Counted from the first letter of the stretch, positions 20,779 to 30,997 are shown. The stretch: 60,889 bases of DNA from Lachnospiraceae bacterium (GCA_024403335.1 JAKSSA010000008.1:1-60889), one strand, 5' to 3'. Made by a program: numbers and translations. Notes: a model not told the origin generated them from the letters alone.

Positions 20779-23700
20779 TAAACCATTTAGCCGTTATGCG
20801 CTTGAAAAACCGAACAGTTGGAATATAAGTGCGAATGAGCCCATATGCCATTTAATAGCATATGCAGTTCTTCATATGCTTCCGGATACTAATTTTTATG
20901 TTATCATGCCAGATGATGAGCAATCTGAAATTAACAGTATCGATATCATAAAAGCTGAAGACGGTGATGCTTTCAAGCCCGGCATTTTATATTATAAACA
21001 TTTGGATTCCGATTGTGATTTTGATGACTTAACCTTCAAATGCAAGCAGGTAGAGGATGAAGATTTTTGGAAATATGAAGACTGTACAATAAGACAGCAT
21101 GATGTTTTGGCCTTAATTACTGAAATTTCAGGAAATTCAAATACAGGTAATTCAATAAATTACTGTCTGTACCGCGATAAGAAGCGTCTTAGCTTTTGTA
21201 AGGCAGAAGTTTTCAGAAAAATCGTGAAAGGTCAGAATTGCCTGATTATAAGAACCAAAGACGATTCAGAGCTTGCACAAATAAAAGAGGAAATCAATCT
21301 CGAAAAGGAACGACTTAATACCGTTTCAAAGCTTTCTAACGAGAACATATTTGAATATTCCTTTAATTTAAGAAAAACCACATATTACAATATGAAAACC
21401 GAGCATCCGGTTAATGCATTGGATTTCAAATCCATCTATCCGGACGACAGACCGCTTTTCTTCCATGCAGTCAGAGATTTAATGACAACCTCAAAACAGG
21501 AAAGAATAGAAATCCGTATGCTCACCTCCAAACAGCAATATGAATGGTTCCTGCTCTCTGCACAGTCTCTGAGAAATGATGAGTGCAGCGTTGTATCCGT
21601 TATCGGAAAGTATTCCAACATACATGCGCAAAAGCTTGAAGAAATCCGCCTTTTAAACGAGGCCATGCGCGACTCCCTTACAGGGGTTTTCAATAAAAAG
21701 ACCTTCATTTCAGAAGTTACAAACCGCGTAAAAAATATGGCTTGTGATGAAAAAAGTGCACTTGCCATCATCGACTTGGATAAATTCAAACATTTGAATG
21801 ATGCAAACGGTCATCTTTTCGGTGACTCTGTTTTGGTTGCACTTTGCGATTCCTTAAAATCCGAACTTGGAATAAAAGACTTTGTCGGTAGATTTGGCGG
21901 AGATGAATTCCTGGTTTATTTCCACAATGTAAACAATGAAGAACAGATTGTCGAAAAAGTAACCAATGTTAAAAAAGCTTTTTATGACTATGTTCCGAAA
22001 ATGATGTCCGGCACCAGAGAAATTACCTTTTCAATGGGTATTACACTCATAAATAATAATGATCGTCGATTTGAAGAAATCTTCGATAAAGCCGACAAAG
22101 CCCTTTACTATGCAAAAGAAAACGGTCGCGACAGACATTGCTTCTACAATGATAATCTCGGATTTGAATATTATTCAGACAACAAATCAAAGCTTTATTC
22201 CAAAGAAAATTTGCATGACAAGTCCATTACCGACGACATTACGGAGTTTGCTTTAGAATTACTTGAAAATACCGTTGACAGCAAGGATGCTTTAAATTTG
22301 CTTTTGGGAAAAATCGGTACAAGATTTAATTTTTCCAGAATAACTGTCGTTGAAAAGCCTTATAACAGTGAAGATGTAGAAATAACTTACAAGTGGGCAA
22401 AAAGAAAATTCAGTAATTCAAAAATTGAAATAAGCGGAATTGCAACAAAGGAAAATCTTAAAACCTTAAAAAAGGCAGCTAATGCAAAAGAACTTATCGA
22501 AATTCCTGATATTTCGATGATTCCTGATGAACTTCCGCATGTTAAGAATTATTTTGCTTCAAAAGATATCGCTTCCATCATCTTCTGCCCGCTTTATTAC
22601 CAAAACGACCTTTCAGGCGCTATTGCCTATGTAAGTTATGGAAAGCAGATAAAATTATCAGAAGATGACCGTAAAAACTTAATAAGTGTCAGCCGAATCA
22701 TTAAAAATCATTTGGAAAAGGAACATGCCTTTGAACAAATCGATGAGCATGTAAAACACCTTGTTAATTATGATGAAGTATCAGGCTTGATAAAGGAAGC
22801 CATTTTTAAAGAAAAATCCCAGCACAAAATATCCGAATTGCAGCCAAATGAAACTGTCGCTTTGGTTGCAATGGATATTCCGAAATTCAACATATTCAAT
22901 GAATTTTTCGGCTTTAAAAACGGGGATTTGGTTTTGAAGGATTTTGCAGACCTCTCCCTTCTTTTTCCGGAAATTCTTTTTGCAAGCCGAGGCTATGCCG
23001 ACAACTTTTATTTTTTAGTCAGCCTCTCTACTGAAGAGGAAATAAATAATTTCTTTGACAGATATTATAAAGCCTTCTTATCTTCAGAAAAGGAGTCCTT
23101 CCCCACCTATTCCTTTGAACTGGTGGCAGGCGCATATATCATTTCTTCAAAGGACATCGATATCGCTTTTGCTTCTGACAATGCCAATTTGGCAAAAAAG
23201 GAAATCAAGGCAAAAGGTATTTCAGGATTAAAGATGTTTACTGCTGAAATGAAAGCAACAAAGATGAAAGAAAATTCCCTCATAAGTCTTATTGACGAAG
23301 GAATTGACAATAATGAATTTGTAGCTTATCTCCAGCCGAAAATCGATTTAAAAACAGGCAAACTTATAGGTGCCGAGGCTTTGGCAAGATGGCAGAAGCC
23401 TAACGGAATATTGGTGCCTCCTTCAGAATTTGTACCACTTTTGGAAAAGAATTCGCGTATTTCAAAACTCGATATGTTCATTTACAAAAGAGTAGTACAG
23501 ACAATAAGCTACTGGAAAAAGTTAGGATATGATTTAGTCCCGATTTCCATCAATTTGTCAAGAAACAACATACAAAATTCCAATGTCGTCGATGAAATGG
23601 TTGCAATTGCAAACAGATATCAGGTTCCATGCAGCTTAATTGATGTTGAAATAACAGAAAGTGCCTTCATCAATGATCAGGAAAAGCTTATATCTACTAT

Positions 23701-24043
23701 AGACCGCTTAAGAAATGCCGGATTTTCAATTTCGATTGATGACTTTGGAACAGGATATTCATCGCTTAACATATTAACAACAATTCCCGCAAACACAATT
23801 AAGCTTGATAAGGAATTCATCCAAAGTAAAAGTGATAACCGTTCTAAAAAACTAGTAAAAAATGTTATTCAGCTTATTAATGAAACCTGCATGGATGTAG
23901 TTTGTGAAGGTGTTGAAACCGAAGAACAGGCAGCATTTTTAAAAGAACATGGTTGCAAATTCGCTCAGGGTTATTTATACTCAAAGCCTATACCTGTTTC
24001 CGACTTTGAATATAAATATTTTGATAATGGAGGAAATATATAA
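20771..24043 (+). CDS. multidomain c-di-GMP enzyme: N-terminal unknown domain, PAS, GGDEF, a degenerate GGDEF-like domain, and EAL
   Basis: A PAS-like segment (IYPDDRPLFFHAV...EWFLL). GGDEF motif in RFGGDEFLVYF. EAL signatures EALARW, DDFGTGYSSL and EGVETEEQ. The likely start is MSDKPF at 20771 (ATGAGTGA overlaps the aminotransferase stop). The track start at 20750 is the alternative. Confidence 0.85.
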   Translation: MSDKPFSRYALEKPNSWNISANEPICHLIAYAVLHMLPDTNFYVIMPDDEQSEINSIDIIKAEDGDAFKPGILYYKHLDSDCDFDDLTFKCKQVEDEDFWKYEDCTIRQHDVLALITEISGNSNTGNSINYCLYRDKKRLSFCKAEVFRKIVKGQNCLIIRTKDDSELAQIKEEINLEKERLNTVSKLSNENIFEYSFNLRKTTYYNMKTEHPVNALDFKSIYPDDRPLFFHAVRDLMTTSKQERIEIRMLTSKQQYEWFLLSAQSLRNDECSVVSVIGKYSNIHAQKLEEIRLLNEAMRDSLTGVFNKKTFISEVTNRVKNMACDEKSALAIIDLDKFKHLNDANGHLFGDSVLVALCDSLKSELGIKDFVGRFGGDEFLVYFHNVNNEEQIVEKVTNVKKAFYDYVPKMMSGTREITFSMGITLINNNDRRFEEIFDKADKALYYAKENGRDRHCFYNDNLGFEYYSDNKSKLYSKENLHDKSITDDITEFALELLENTVDSKDALNLLLGKIGTRFNFSRITVVEKPYNSEDVEITYKWAKRKFSNSKIEISGIATKENLKTLKKAANAKELIEIPDISMIPDELPHVKNYFASKDIASIIFCPLYYQNDLSGAIAYVSYGKQIKLSEDDRKNLISVSRIIKNHLEKEHAFEQIDEHVKHLVNYDEVSGLIKEAIFKEKSQHKISELQPNETVALVAMDIPKFNIFNEFFGFKNGDLVLKDFADLSLLFPEILFASRGYADNFYFLVSLSTEEEINNFFDRYYKAFLSSEKESFPTYSFELVAGAYIISSKDIDIAFASDNANLAKKEIKAKGISGLKMFTAEMKATKMKENSLISLIDEGIDNNEFVAYLQPKIDLKTGKLIGAEALARWQKPNGILVPPSEFVPLLEKNSRISKLDMFIYKRVVQTISYWKKLGYDLVPISINLSRNNIQNSNVVDEMVAIANRYQVPCSLIDVEITESAFINDQEKLISTIDRLRNAGFSISIDDFGTGYSSLNILTTIPANTIKLDKEFIQSKSDNRSKKLVKNVIQLINETCMDVVCEGVETEEQAAFLKEHGCKFAQGYLYSKPIPVSDFEYKYFDNGGNI

Positions 24044-24384
24044 TGGCAAATCATTTCTCTACTCTTTCAGATGAAAGTTTGAAATATGAAATCGAACTCG
24101 TAAAAAAAAGAATAAGAACCTCAAACTCCCAGCAGGACAAGCTGATGCTATTTGCCCTTGAATCAGAGCTTCAAAAACGAAACTCTGCTTCCTTCACAGA
24201 TCCCAATGAGAAATTTCGCACTCTTTTATCTAAAATTCAGGAGCTTGAAGAATTAGCTTCTCAGATTGACTTTGGTAAGGTGGCCGGAGAATTACTCTTA
24301 AATGAGGGAATTGTAGCTACAAACAGTGCAAACAAAATATTCTCCACTATTTCAGAGGCGGTAAATAAAGCAAAACTGAGATAA
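24043..24384 (+). CDS. small coiled-coil hypothetical protein, translationally coupled to the GGDEF-EAL gene
   Basis: 113-aa ORF whose ATG overlaps the upstream stop (TAATG). No recognisable motif. Confidence 0.4.
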   Translation: MANHFSTLSDESLKYEIELVKKRIRTSNSQQDKLMLFALESELQKRNSASFTDPNEKFRTLLSKIQELEELASQIDFGKVAGELLLNEGIVATNSANKIFSTISEAVNKAKLR

Positions 24385-24491
24385 AAACAGAATAAAAAGA
24401 TAAAGCACAGAATAAAAATAAAACACAATGCAAAAACAAACCGCAAAGAAGAAGTGCAAAATAAAAACAAAATTAAAAATAATGTAAAAAA

Positions 24492-24525
24492 CAAAAAATC
24501 AGGAAGCATATTCCTGATTTTTTAT
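24492..24525. terminator. bidirectional rho-independent terminator between convergent c-di-GMP genes
   Basis: ATCAGGAA (24498-24505) / TTCCTGAT (24511-24518) stem. It is flanked by an A-run upstream and TTTTT downstream. Confidence 0.65.
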
Positions 24526-24556
24526 ACTGAATTTATAAATCTTTAATAATTCTGTT

Positions 24557-25651
24557 TTATACCAATCGTACAATGGTTATACTTGAATCAGCTGAAGTAT
24601 CAATGAAATCATTATCAACTTTTACAACCGGCTTGGAAAGTCTGGTTTTATTAACCATAACAATTTCACCGATTCTTCCGTCAGAAAGTTCAACTGAAGA
24701 ATGCATATATGTATTTACTACACCTTCCATAAAAGGAAGTAAATATTTCGGATCATATTTGGTCAGACCATCGGATTCAAATACCGATACTACATCCAAC
24801 GGACAAACCGGTTCACGATATAATCTGGTAGAAGTCATTGCATCATATACATCTGCAATGGCGATAATCTTAGCAAAAGGAGAAATAAGTTCGTTAGTAA
24901 GCCCAAGTGGATATCCTGTTCCATCGCATCTTTCATGATGACTGAAAGCCGCAAGCTTGATTCTGTCATCAACATTTTTGCTCTTAAGAATGTTATAGCC
25001 AAATGTCGCATGCTGCTTCATGGTTTCAAACTCTTCCTTAGTAAGAGCCTGCGGTTTATTAACAATTTCTTGTGGAATCTGAATCTTGCCAATATCATGA
25101 AGTAAAGCTGCCTCAAGCAAAACCTTTAATTCATTCTTTGGCATCTTAATCCAGGAAGCAAGAATATAAGAAATCATTGCAACATTAACTGCATGAACGA
25201 AAATTACATCATTAAACTGACGAAGGCACTGTAGCATGTCAAACAAGCTTGAAGGTGTTGAGCTTTTCTCAATCATGCCTGTAATATTCGATGTAAGAGA
25301 ATCAAAATCGATATCCTTATTATCACTTACAATACTTGTAAGCTGTGACTTGCAGGCAATAACTGCTGACCCAAAATCCTTAGAAAACTCTTTAAAAGTC
25401 TCTGTAGATCTTACTTTTTGTGACCATGTATCTCTTTTGTGCTTGAATATGGACTTCTTCTCAGGTTTGTTCTGCTCAGGTACTTCAACCTTAATTTCAT
25501 TTATCGAGTAAAACCTTAAACGAGTAATAATTTTGTCAGTCAAAACAGTACCCGCGTTAATAATAAGCTGACCTGAAAATGAATAAACGTCTTCAGCAAC
25601 TATCATCTTCGCATTAGCTCTGCTTGTTTTAACTACCTGAACCTCGCCCAT
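24557..25651 (-). CDS. HD-GYP domain c-di-GMP phosphodiesterase
   Basis: HD motif AALLHDIGK and the signature HHERCDGTGYP (HHExxDGxGYP). Confidence 0.85.
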   Translation of the reverse strand: MGEVQVVKTSRANAKMIVAEDVYSFSGQLIINAGTVLTDKIITRLRFYSINEIKVEVPEQNKPEKKSIFKHKRDTWSQKVRSTETFKEFSKDFGSAVIACKSQLTSIVSDNKDIDFDSLTSNITGMIEKSSTPSSLFDMLQCLRQFNDVIFVHAVNVAMISYILASWIKMPKNELKVLLEAALLHDIGKIQIPQEIVNKPQALTKEEFETMKQHATFGYNILKSKNVDDRIKLAAFSHHERCDGTGYPLGLTNELISPFAKIIAIADVYDAMTSTRLYREPVCPLDVVSVFESDGLTKYDPKYLLPFMEGVVNTYMHSSVELSDGRIGEIVMVNKTRLSKPVVKVDNDFIDTSADSSITIVRLV

Positions 25652-25889
25652 AACCTTTCCTTCTAACTATCCTTTCAAATACATGTCATACACAAAATGT
25701 AATATTCAAAGTAATTATATTTTTTTCGCAATATGTTGTCAACAAAATTTGAACATTATAATGTACTTTTCAGTTTGTTTTAATACACTTTTTTATTCTC
25801 TGACACCCTGCATTCACATTATGAAGCTTACTATTCAATCATATTCACATTTTGAAATACATATATTCATGATTTGAAATGTGCATCAC

Positions 25890-25918
25890 TTGACAAAGCC
25901 TATGTTCTGTGATAAATT
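25890..25918 (+). promoter_or_regulatory. promoter for the metK leader (TTGACA-17-TAAATT)
   Basis: TTGACA at 25890-25895, a 17-nt spacer, and TAAATT at 25913-25918, just upstream of the riboswitch. Confidence 0.5.
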
Positions 25919-25926
25919 AATGTCGT

Positions 25927-26088
25927 CTCTTATTTAGAGTGGCGGAGAGTAAAGACTCTGTGAAGCCACGGCAACCCCTGAAAATGAGGAAGGTGCCAAG
26001 CTGAGCGAGAAATGTCATTTAATGACTATCGAACAATAAGAGGGTTTTGAACATTCAAAGTCCTTTTATCGAGGGACTATTTTTTTTG
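25927..26088 (+). ncRNA. SAM-I (S-box) riboswitch with terminator expression platform, leader of metK
   Basis: CTCTTATTTAGAGTGGCGGAGAG...GCAACC...GGTGCCAAG...AATAAGAG matches the S-box consensus. P1 is closed by CTCTTAT/ATAAGAG. It is followed by a small hairpin and a T8 run at 26080-26087. Its position before metK is classical. Confidence 0.85.
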
Positions 26089-26155
26089 GTAATGGCCATA
26101 TGATTTTATTGAGCAATATAATCAAAATGGTCTGATTTTACAGAAAGGACAAATT

Positions 26156-27343
26156 ATGAAATCTTTCATCTTTACATCTGAGAGTGTAACAGAAGGACAT
26201 CCGGACAAAGTCAGTGATACCATCGCTGATTCAATCCTTGATGCATGCCTTGAGCAGGACCCGATGAGCCGCGTTGCCTGTGAAGTATGTTGCACAACAG
26301 GTATCGTAATGGTTTTGGGTGAAATTACAACCTCTGCTACCTTCGATACACAGAAAATCGTTCGCGATACAATTCGTGAAATTGGCTACAATGATTCAAA
26401 AATGGGCTTTGATGCAGAATCCTGCGGTGTTTTGGTAGCTTTGGACAAACAGTCTACTGATATTGCAATGGGTGTTGACAAGGCCTTAGAAGCAAAAGAA
26501 AACACAATGACTGACGAAGAGCTTGAGCAGATTGGTGCAGGCGATCAGGGTATGATGTTTGGTTATGCAACCAACGAAACCCCTGACTTAATGCCTTTCC
26601 CTATTTATATGGCGCACAAGCTCACAAAGCGTCTTACAGAAGTAAGAAAGAGCGGATTATTACCTTATCTTCGTCCGGACGGCAAAAGCCAGGTAACTGT
26701 TGAATATGAAAATGACGTTCCAAAGAGAATTCTTGCAGTTGTTTTATCAACTCAGCATGACGAAACAGTAACTCAGGAACAGATTCATGAAGATGTTAAG
26801 AAGCACATTTTCGATGTAGTATTGCCTAAGGAAATGATTGATGATGAAACCAAGTTCTTCATCAACCCTACAGGCCGTTTCGTAATTGGCGGTCCTAAGG
26901 GTGATTCAGGTGTTACAGGCAGAAAGATTATTGTTGACACCTATGGTGGTTTCGCAAGACATGGCGGCGGTGCTTTCTCAGGAAAGGATCCCACAAAGGT
27001 TGACAGAAGTGCTTCCTATGCTACAAGATATGTTGCTAAAAACCTTGTTGCAGCAGGTCTTTGTGACAGAGTTGAAATCCAGATTTCCTATGCAATTGGC
27101 GTAGCTAAGCCTACATCAATTACAGTTAATACATTTGGTACAGAAAAGAAGCTTTCAAAGCCTATCGAAGAAATCGTAGCTGAAAACTTCGACCTTCGCC
27201 CTGCAGGTATTATCAAGATGCTCAATTTGAGACGTCCTATTTATAAGAAGACAACAAATTATGGTCATCTTGGAAAGAACGATCCCGATTTAACCTGGGA
27301 AAGAACTGACAAGGCAGAAGCTTTAAAGAAATATCTGGCATAA
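26156..27343 (+). CDS. metK: S-adenosylmethionine synthetase
   Basis: [16 protein letters not shown] and [17 protein letters not shown] are signature MetK motifs. 395 aa. Confidence 0.95.
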   Translation: MKSFIFTSESVTEGHPDKVSDTIADSILDACLEQDPMSRVACEVCCTTGIVMVLGEITTSATFDTQKIVRDTIREIGYNDSKMGFDAESCGVLVALDKQSTDIAMGVDKALEAKENTMTDEELEQIGAGDQGMMFGYATNETPDLMPFPIYMAHKLTKRLTEVRKSGLLPYLRPDGKSQVTVEYENDVPKRILAVVLSTQHDETVTQEQIHEDVKKHIFDVVLPKEMIDDETKFFINPTGRFVIGGPKGDSGVTGRKIIVDTYGGFARHGGGAFSGKDPTKVDRSASYATRYVAKNLVAAGLCDRVEIQISYAIGVAKPTSITVNTFGTEKKLSKPIEEIVAENFDLRPAGIIKMLNLRRPIYKKTTNYGHLGKNDPDLTWERTDKAEALKKYLA

Positions 27344-27352
27344 TATTACTAA

Positions 27353-27392
27353 GGACGGTTTTGATGAATATCAGAACCGCCCTTTTTATTTT
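27353..27392 (+). terminator. rho-independent terminator of metK
   Basis: GGACGGTTTTGAT / ATCAGAACCGCCC imperfect stem followed by TTTTTATTTT. Confidence 0.6.
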
Positions 27393-27459
27393 ATCCATCT
27401 TGAATAAAAGCACTAAATAATGTACAATATTTAATATAATTCTGCACAAGAGGTACAAT

Positions 27460-28914
27460 ATGTATACTGTGGATTTCAACAAAAAAGGTCATATTTATTT
27501 CATTGGCATAGGTGGCGTAAGCATGTGCTCACTTGCCGAGGTTATGATAAAAAAAGGATTTAAGGTATCAGGCTCTGACAGAGAATTAAGCGCAAATACA
27601 GACAGACTTGAAAAACTTGGCGCAACCATTTATCAGGGACAAAAAGCAGCAAACATAAGCGACGATTTAATTTTTGCAGTCAGAACTGCTGCAGTACATC
27701 CTGACAACAAGGAATACATAGCATGCGAAGAAAAGCATATTCCTATATTAACAAGAGCTGAATTTTTCGGGCAGATTATGAGTGATTACAAAAAAGTTGC
27801 CTGTGTTGCCGGAACTCATGGAAAAACCACTTCTTCAAGTATGCTCGCCTTGGTTTTGAAGGAAGCAAATTTAGACCCTACAGCCTTCATTGGTGGAATA
27901 GTTAACGAATTTGGTTCAACCTGCAGAATCGGAAGCACTGACATGATGGTTGCAGAAGCTTGTGAATATACCAACTCCTATCATTCTTTCCATCCAACTG
28001 ATGCAGTTATTTTAAATATCGAAGCTGATCACCTCGACTTTTTCAAGGATTTAGACGATATTTACGATTCTTTCCTGACTTTTGCCAAATTAGTTCCGGA
28101 AAATGGAAATGTAATCATCAACGGGGATGACGAAAGACTCAATTTCTTCAAAGAAAACTTAAAATGTGATTTCTTTACCTTTGGAATTGCAAACGATAAT
28201 AAGGAAGAAAACAAATATGATCTTGAAGCCCGTAATTTAAGCGAGCAAGGCGGTATCTTCTCTTTTGATTTTTATATTTCTGACAAATTTATTGCCAAAG
28301 CCCAAAAATGTGCCTCACTTTCAACCCTGAAGAAATTTATGGGACGCGTAACTTTAGGTGTACTTGGCAAACACAATGTCAGCAATGCACTTACTGCTTT
28401 AGGACTTGGAATGCTTTATGGTGCAGAATTTGAAGCTGGCAAAGAGGCTTTGCGCAAATATCATGGCACCAAACGACGCTTTGAATATAAAGGAAGTGTC
28501 GGAAGCATTCATCTTTATGACGACTTCGGACATCATCCCACAGAAATCGATGTTACTATCGAAAGTGGAAAAAAAGTTACAAAGGGACGCTGTATCATTG
28601 TTTTCCAGCCTTATACTTATACCAGAACCAATGCTTTGTTTGATGACTTTGTAAAAATCTTATCAAAAGCTGATAAATGTATTATCTGTGATACCTTCCC
28701 TGCCAGAGAAGAAAAAGACTTGGAAATTCGTACTGCCGAAGAATTAAATGATGCCATTAATGAAGCCGGTACAGAATCCTGCTATTTCAACACAAAAGAA
28801 GAAATTGTTGATTATATTTTAACAAATTCAGAACCTGAAGATTTGTTGATAACTATGGGCTGCGGAGATATCCATATGGTCGCAGAAATGCTAGTTGGAG
28901 ACATTTCAGAGTAA
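27460..28914 (+). CDS. murC: UDP-N-acetylmuramate--L-alanine ligase
   Basis: HIYFIGIGGVSMCSLAEVM (Mur ligase N-terminal Rossmann signature) and GTHGKTTSSSM (P-loop). 484 aa. Confidence 0.9.
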   Translation: MYTVDFNKKGHIYFIGIGGVSMCSLAEVMIKKGFKVSGSDRELSANTDRLEKLGATIYQGQKAANISDDLIFAVRTAAVHPDNKEYIACEEKHIPILTRAEFFGQIMSDYKKVACVAGTHGKTTSSSMLALVLKEANLDPTAFIGGIVNEFGSTCRIGSTDMMVAEACEYTNSYHSFHPTDAVILNIEADHLDFFKDLDDIYDSFLTFAKLVPENGNVIINGDDERLNFFKENLKCDFFTFGIANDNKEENKYDLEARNLSEQGGIFSFDFYISDKFIAKAQKCASLSTLKKFMGRVTLGVLGKHNVSNALTALGLGMLYGAEFEAGKEALRKYHGTKRRFEYKGSVGSIHLYDDFGHHPTEIDVTIESGKKVTKGRCIIVFQPYTYTRTNALFDDFVKILSKADKCIICDTFPAREEKDLEIRTAEELNDAINEAGTESCYFNTKEEIVDYILTNSEPEDLLITMGCGDIHMVAEMLVGDISE

Positions 28915-28915
28915 C

Positions 28916-29056
28916 TTATCCACATTTTTGCCGTTTTTTCAATTACAGCAGTAGAATATAAAAAATAGCGTTGTTTACGCATATTCACAAAGCATTTTAA
29001 AGTTACTCACATTATCCACAATTTTCACATGCCAATGCGTAATGCTAAGTGGACAA
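28916..29056. promoter_or_regulatory. DnaA-box cluster: 2 perfect and about 3 imperfect boxes upstream of the dnaD-like/dnaI operon
   Basis: TTATCCACA at 28916-28924 and at 29012-29020 are exact consensus boxes. Near matches are aTATTCACA (28981-28989), TTTTCACAt (29022-29030) and, on the reverse strand, TTGTCCACt (29048-29056). Confidence 0.6.
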
Positions 29057-29084
29057 CTTTGTGCTTTTATTCTTGTTCTCCGTT

Positions 29085-29093
29085 TGTTATAAT
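29085..29093 (+). promoter_or_regulatory. extended -10 element (TGtTATAAT) of the dnaD-like operon promoter
   Basis: TG-n-TATAAT at 29085-29093, 48 nt upstream of the ATG. RBS AAGGGGAG. Confidence 0.4.
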
Positions 29094-29140
29094 TCCCCCG
29101 CTAAGAAAAATACGCCTTCGGGGATTACAAGGGGAGCATT

Positions 29141-30025
29141 ATGAAAACAATATCTATTTCAACAGAATATGCAAAGAACGAAACAACGATTTCGAATGTT
29201 TTTGTTGATTTTTATATGCCAAATGCTTCCGGCACCCATGTTAAAATATTCATCTATTTACTCAGAAAGCTTTCAGATCCCACCCAGGTTTTCTCCTTGC
29301 AGGTGGCTGCTAAAGAGATTAACGAAAGTGAAAATGACATTCGAAGATCTTTAGAGTATTGGGAATCCCAGGATGTACTTATTCTTGAGCAGTCTGAGGA
29401 CAATGAAATTATAGGAATCACTCTTAAGAAATTAAAGCCAATAGTCAAAAATCAGGAAACAGAAAAAAATGTAAGCAAGTCAAGAAATGTTAAAAAGAAG
29501 ACTGAAGAAAACCAGGAGACTTCGCCAAGAATTGTAGATAATATTTCTTCATTATCAACTCTTCCGAATATCAAGCTTACAGACAAACAAAACGAAGAAA
29601 TAGATACCATTATTAACTATCTTGAAACAGTATATGGTAATCTTCTTCAATCAGATATCGATATCATTACTTACTTCGTATATGAGCACAAGTTTGGTAG
29701 TGATCTTATCATACAGTTATATGAGTTCTGTCATTCATTAAACGATCTTAAAAAAATGCCTACTAATGCCGCATACATTTTAAAGGTTGGTAATGACTGG
29801 GTTACAAAGAGTATTAAAACACTTGAACTTGCCAAACGCCACTCTTCAAGCATGCTTGAAAGCTACAAATCAAAGCGATCAAATGGCGGTTCAAACGAGC
29901 CTGTTATGTTATCTATTGAAGAACTTAAAAATAAACATAAGAAGAATAAATTAGTAAATTTCGAAGAAAGGCAGTATACTAAAGAAGAGTTTGATCTTCT
30001 TGAGGAAAAGCTTTTAAGAAACTAG
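29141..30025 (+). CDS. DnaD-domain replication initiation/membrane attachment protein (B. subtilis DnaB/DnaD-like helicase co-loader)
   Basis: N-terminal winged-helix-like region. The C-terminal segment has the DnaD-domain pattern (AAYILKVGNDWVTKSIKT, compare the Y..I...W motif). It is immediately followed by dnaI. Confidence 0.6.
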   Translation: MKTISISTEYAKNETTISNVFVDFYMPNASGTHVKIFIYLLRKLSDPTQVFSLQVAAKEINESENDIRRSLEYWESQDVLILEQSEDNEIIGITLKKLKPIVKNQETEKNVSKSRNVKKKTEENQETSPRIVDNISSLSTLPNIKLTDKQNEEIDTIINYLETVYGNLLQSDIDIITYFVYEHKFGSDLIIQLYEFCHSLNDLKKMPTNAAYILKVGNDWVTKSIKTLELAKRHSSSMLESYKSKRSNGGSNEPVMLSIEELKNKHKKNKLVNFEERQYTKEEFDLLEEKLLRN

Positions 30026-30043
30026 TCCATCAACAGGAGTTAT

Positions 30044-30997
30044 ATGTCATCAATAGCAATTCAAAATCAAAGTATTCTCAATTATTACGACTTGCTTACA
30101 GCAGAGAATGAAGAAATTGAAAAGGCAAGAAAGCAGGAGGTTTATAAAAAAGTTCCTGAAATCAAAAAAATTGATGATGAAATTGTCAAAATCTCTTTAA
30201 ACACCTTCTTAGATGGTGGAAGTATTGATTCATTGCAGACCAAGGTTGATAACCTTACTGCTGCCAAATTAAAACTTCTTACAGATGCCGGTTTCAGTAA
30301 AAACTATTTAGATTCTCAATATCATTGCCAGGCATGTAAAGATACCGGCTACATAGGTTCAGAGAGGTGCCAATGCCTCAAAAACCTCCTTATACAGCGT
30401 GGTCTTGATGTTTCAAACCTTTCAGTATCATATTCTAATCTTTCCTTCGAGGATTTTAAACTAACAAAAGTCAGTAAAGAGACTATTAATCCAAAAGTCA
30501 ACAAATCCGAATATGACCAGATGAGTGAAAACTTATCTATCGCGAAGGATTTTGTTAACAATATAGACAGGCAGCCAGCCAACCTGTTATTTATGGGACA
30601 AACAGGACTTGGCAAAACATTTCTTGCCCGAATAATTGCAAATGAAGTTATCAAAAAATCCAAAAGTGTTATCTTTTTAACCTGCTATGAGTTGTCTAAA
30701 ATTTTCAAAAAAGATGCCTTTGGAACAGAAACAAGTATTGAATTTACTGAAGATGATGTTATCGATTGTGACTTTCTTGTAATTGATGATTTAGGTGCAG
30801 AATTAAATAATTCATTCTTGGATTCAAGACTGAATAATGTAATAAGCGAGCGTCTGTCGAGAGGTTATTCAACCTTAATCACAACTAATCTGGGGTTAAC
30901 GGATATCAGAGATAATTATTCAGAACGTATCTTTTCAAGACTGACAGGTTGCTACAGAACCCGTCTCTTCCTTGGCAAGGATATGCGACGAAATTAG
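30044..30997 (+). CDS. dnaI: primosomal helicase loader DnaI (AAA+ DnaC/IstB-like)
   Basis: N-terminal Zn-binding cysteines (CQACKDTGY...CQC) and Walker A MGQTGLGKTFLA. Walker B at LVIDDLG. Confidence 0.75.
   Translation: MSSIAIQNQSILNYYDLLTAENEEIEKARKQEVYKKVPEIKKIDDEIVKISLNTFLDGGSIDSLQTKVDNLTAAKLKLLTDAGFSKNYLDSQYHCQACKDTGYIGSERCQCLKNLLIQRGLDVSNLSVSYSNLSFEDFKLTKVSKETINPKVNKSEYDQMSENLSIAKDFVNNIDRQPANLLFMGQTGLGKTFLARIIANEVIKKSKSVIFLTCYELSKIFKKDAFGTETSIEFTEDDVIDCDFLVIDDLGAELNNSFLDSRLNNVISERLSRGYSTLITTNLGLTDIRDNYSERIFSRLTGCYRTRLFLGKDMRRN

Noticed and set aside
24385-24500. A-rich low-complexity tract and the 82-aa minus-strand ORF (FLFCF...) across it
   Set aside because: Homopolymer-like A/T tract between a stop codon and a terminator. 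The ORF is poly-Phe/Leu translation of T-runs. It is likely just 3' UTR.
25683-25877. 64-aa ORF upstream of the metK riboswitch promoter
   Set aside because: No RBS and hydrophobic low-complexity composition. The region is better explained as the HD-GYP and metK promoter DNA.
28916-29140. Chromosomal origin of replication (oriC) suggested by the DnaA boxes
   Set aside because: There is no adjacent dnaA/dnaN and no obvious AT-rich 13-mer unwinding element. Only two exact boxes are present. A regulatory or titration DnaA-box cluster is the more conservative reading.
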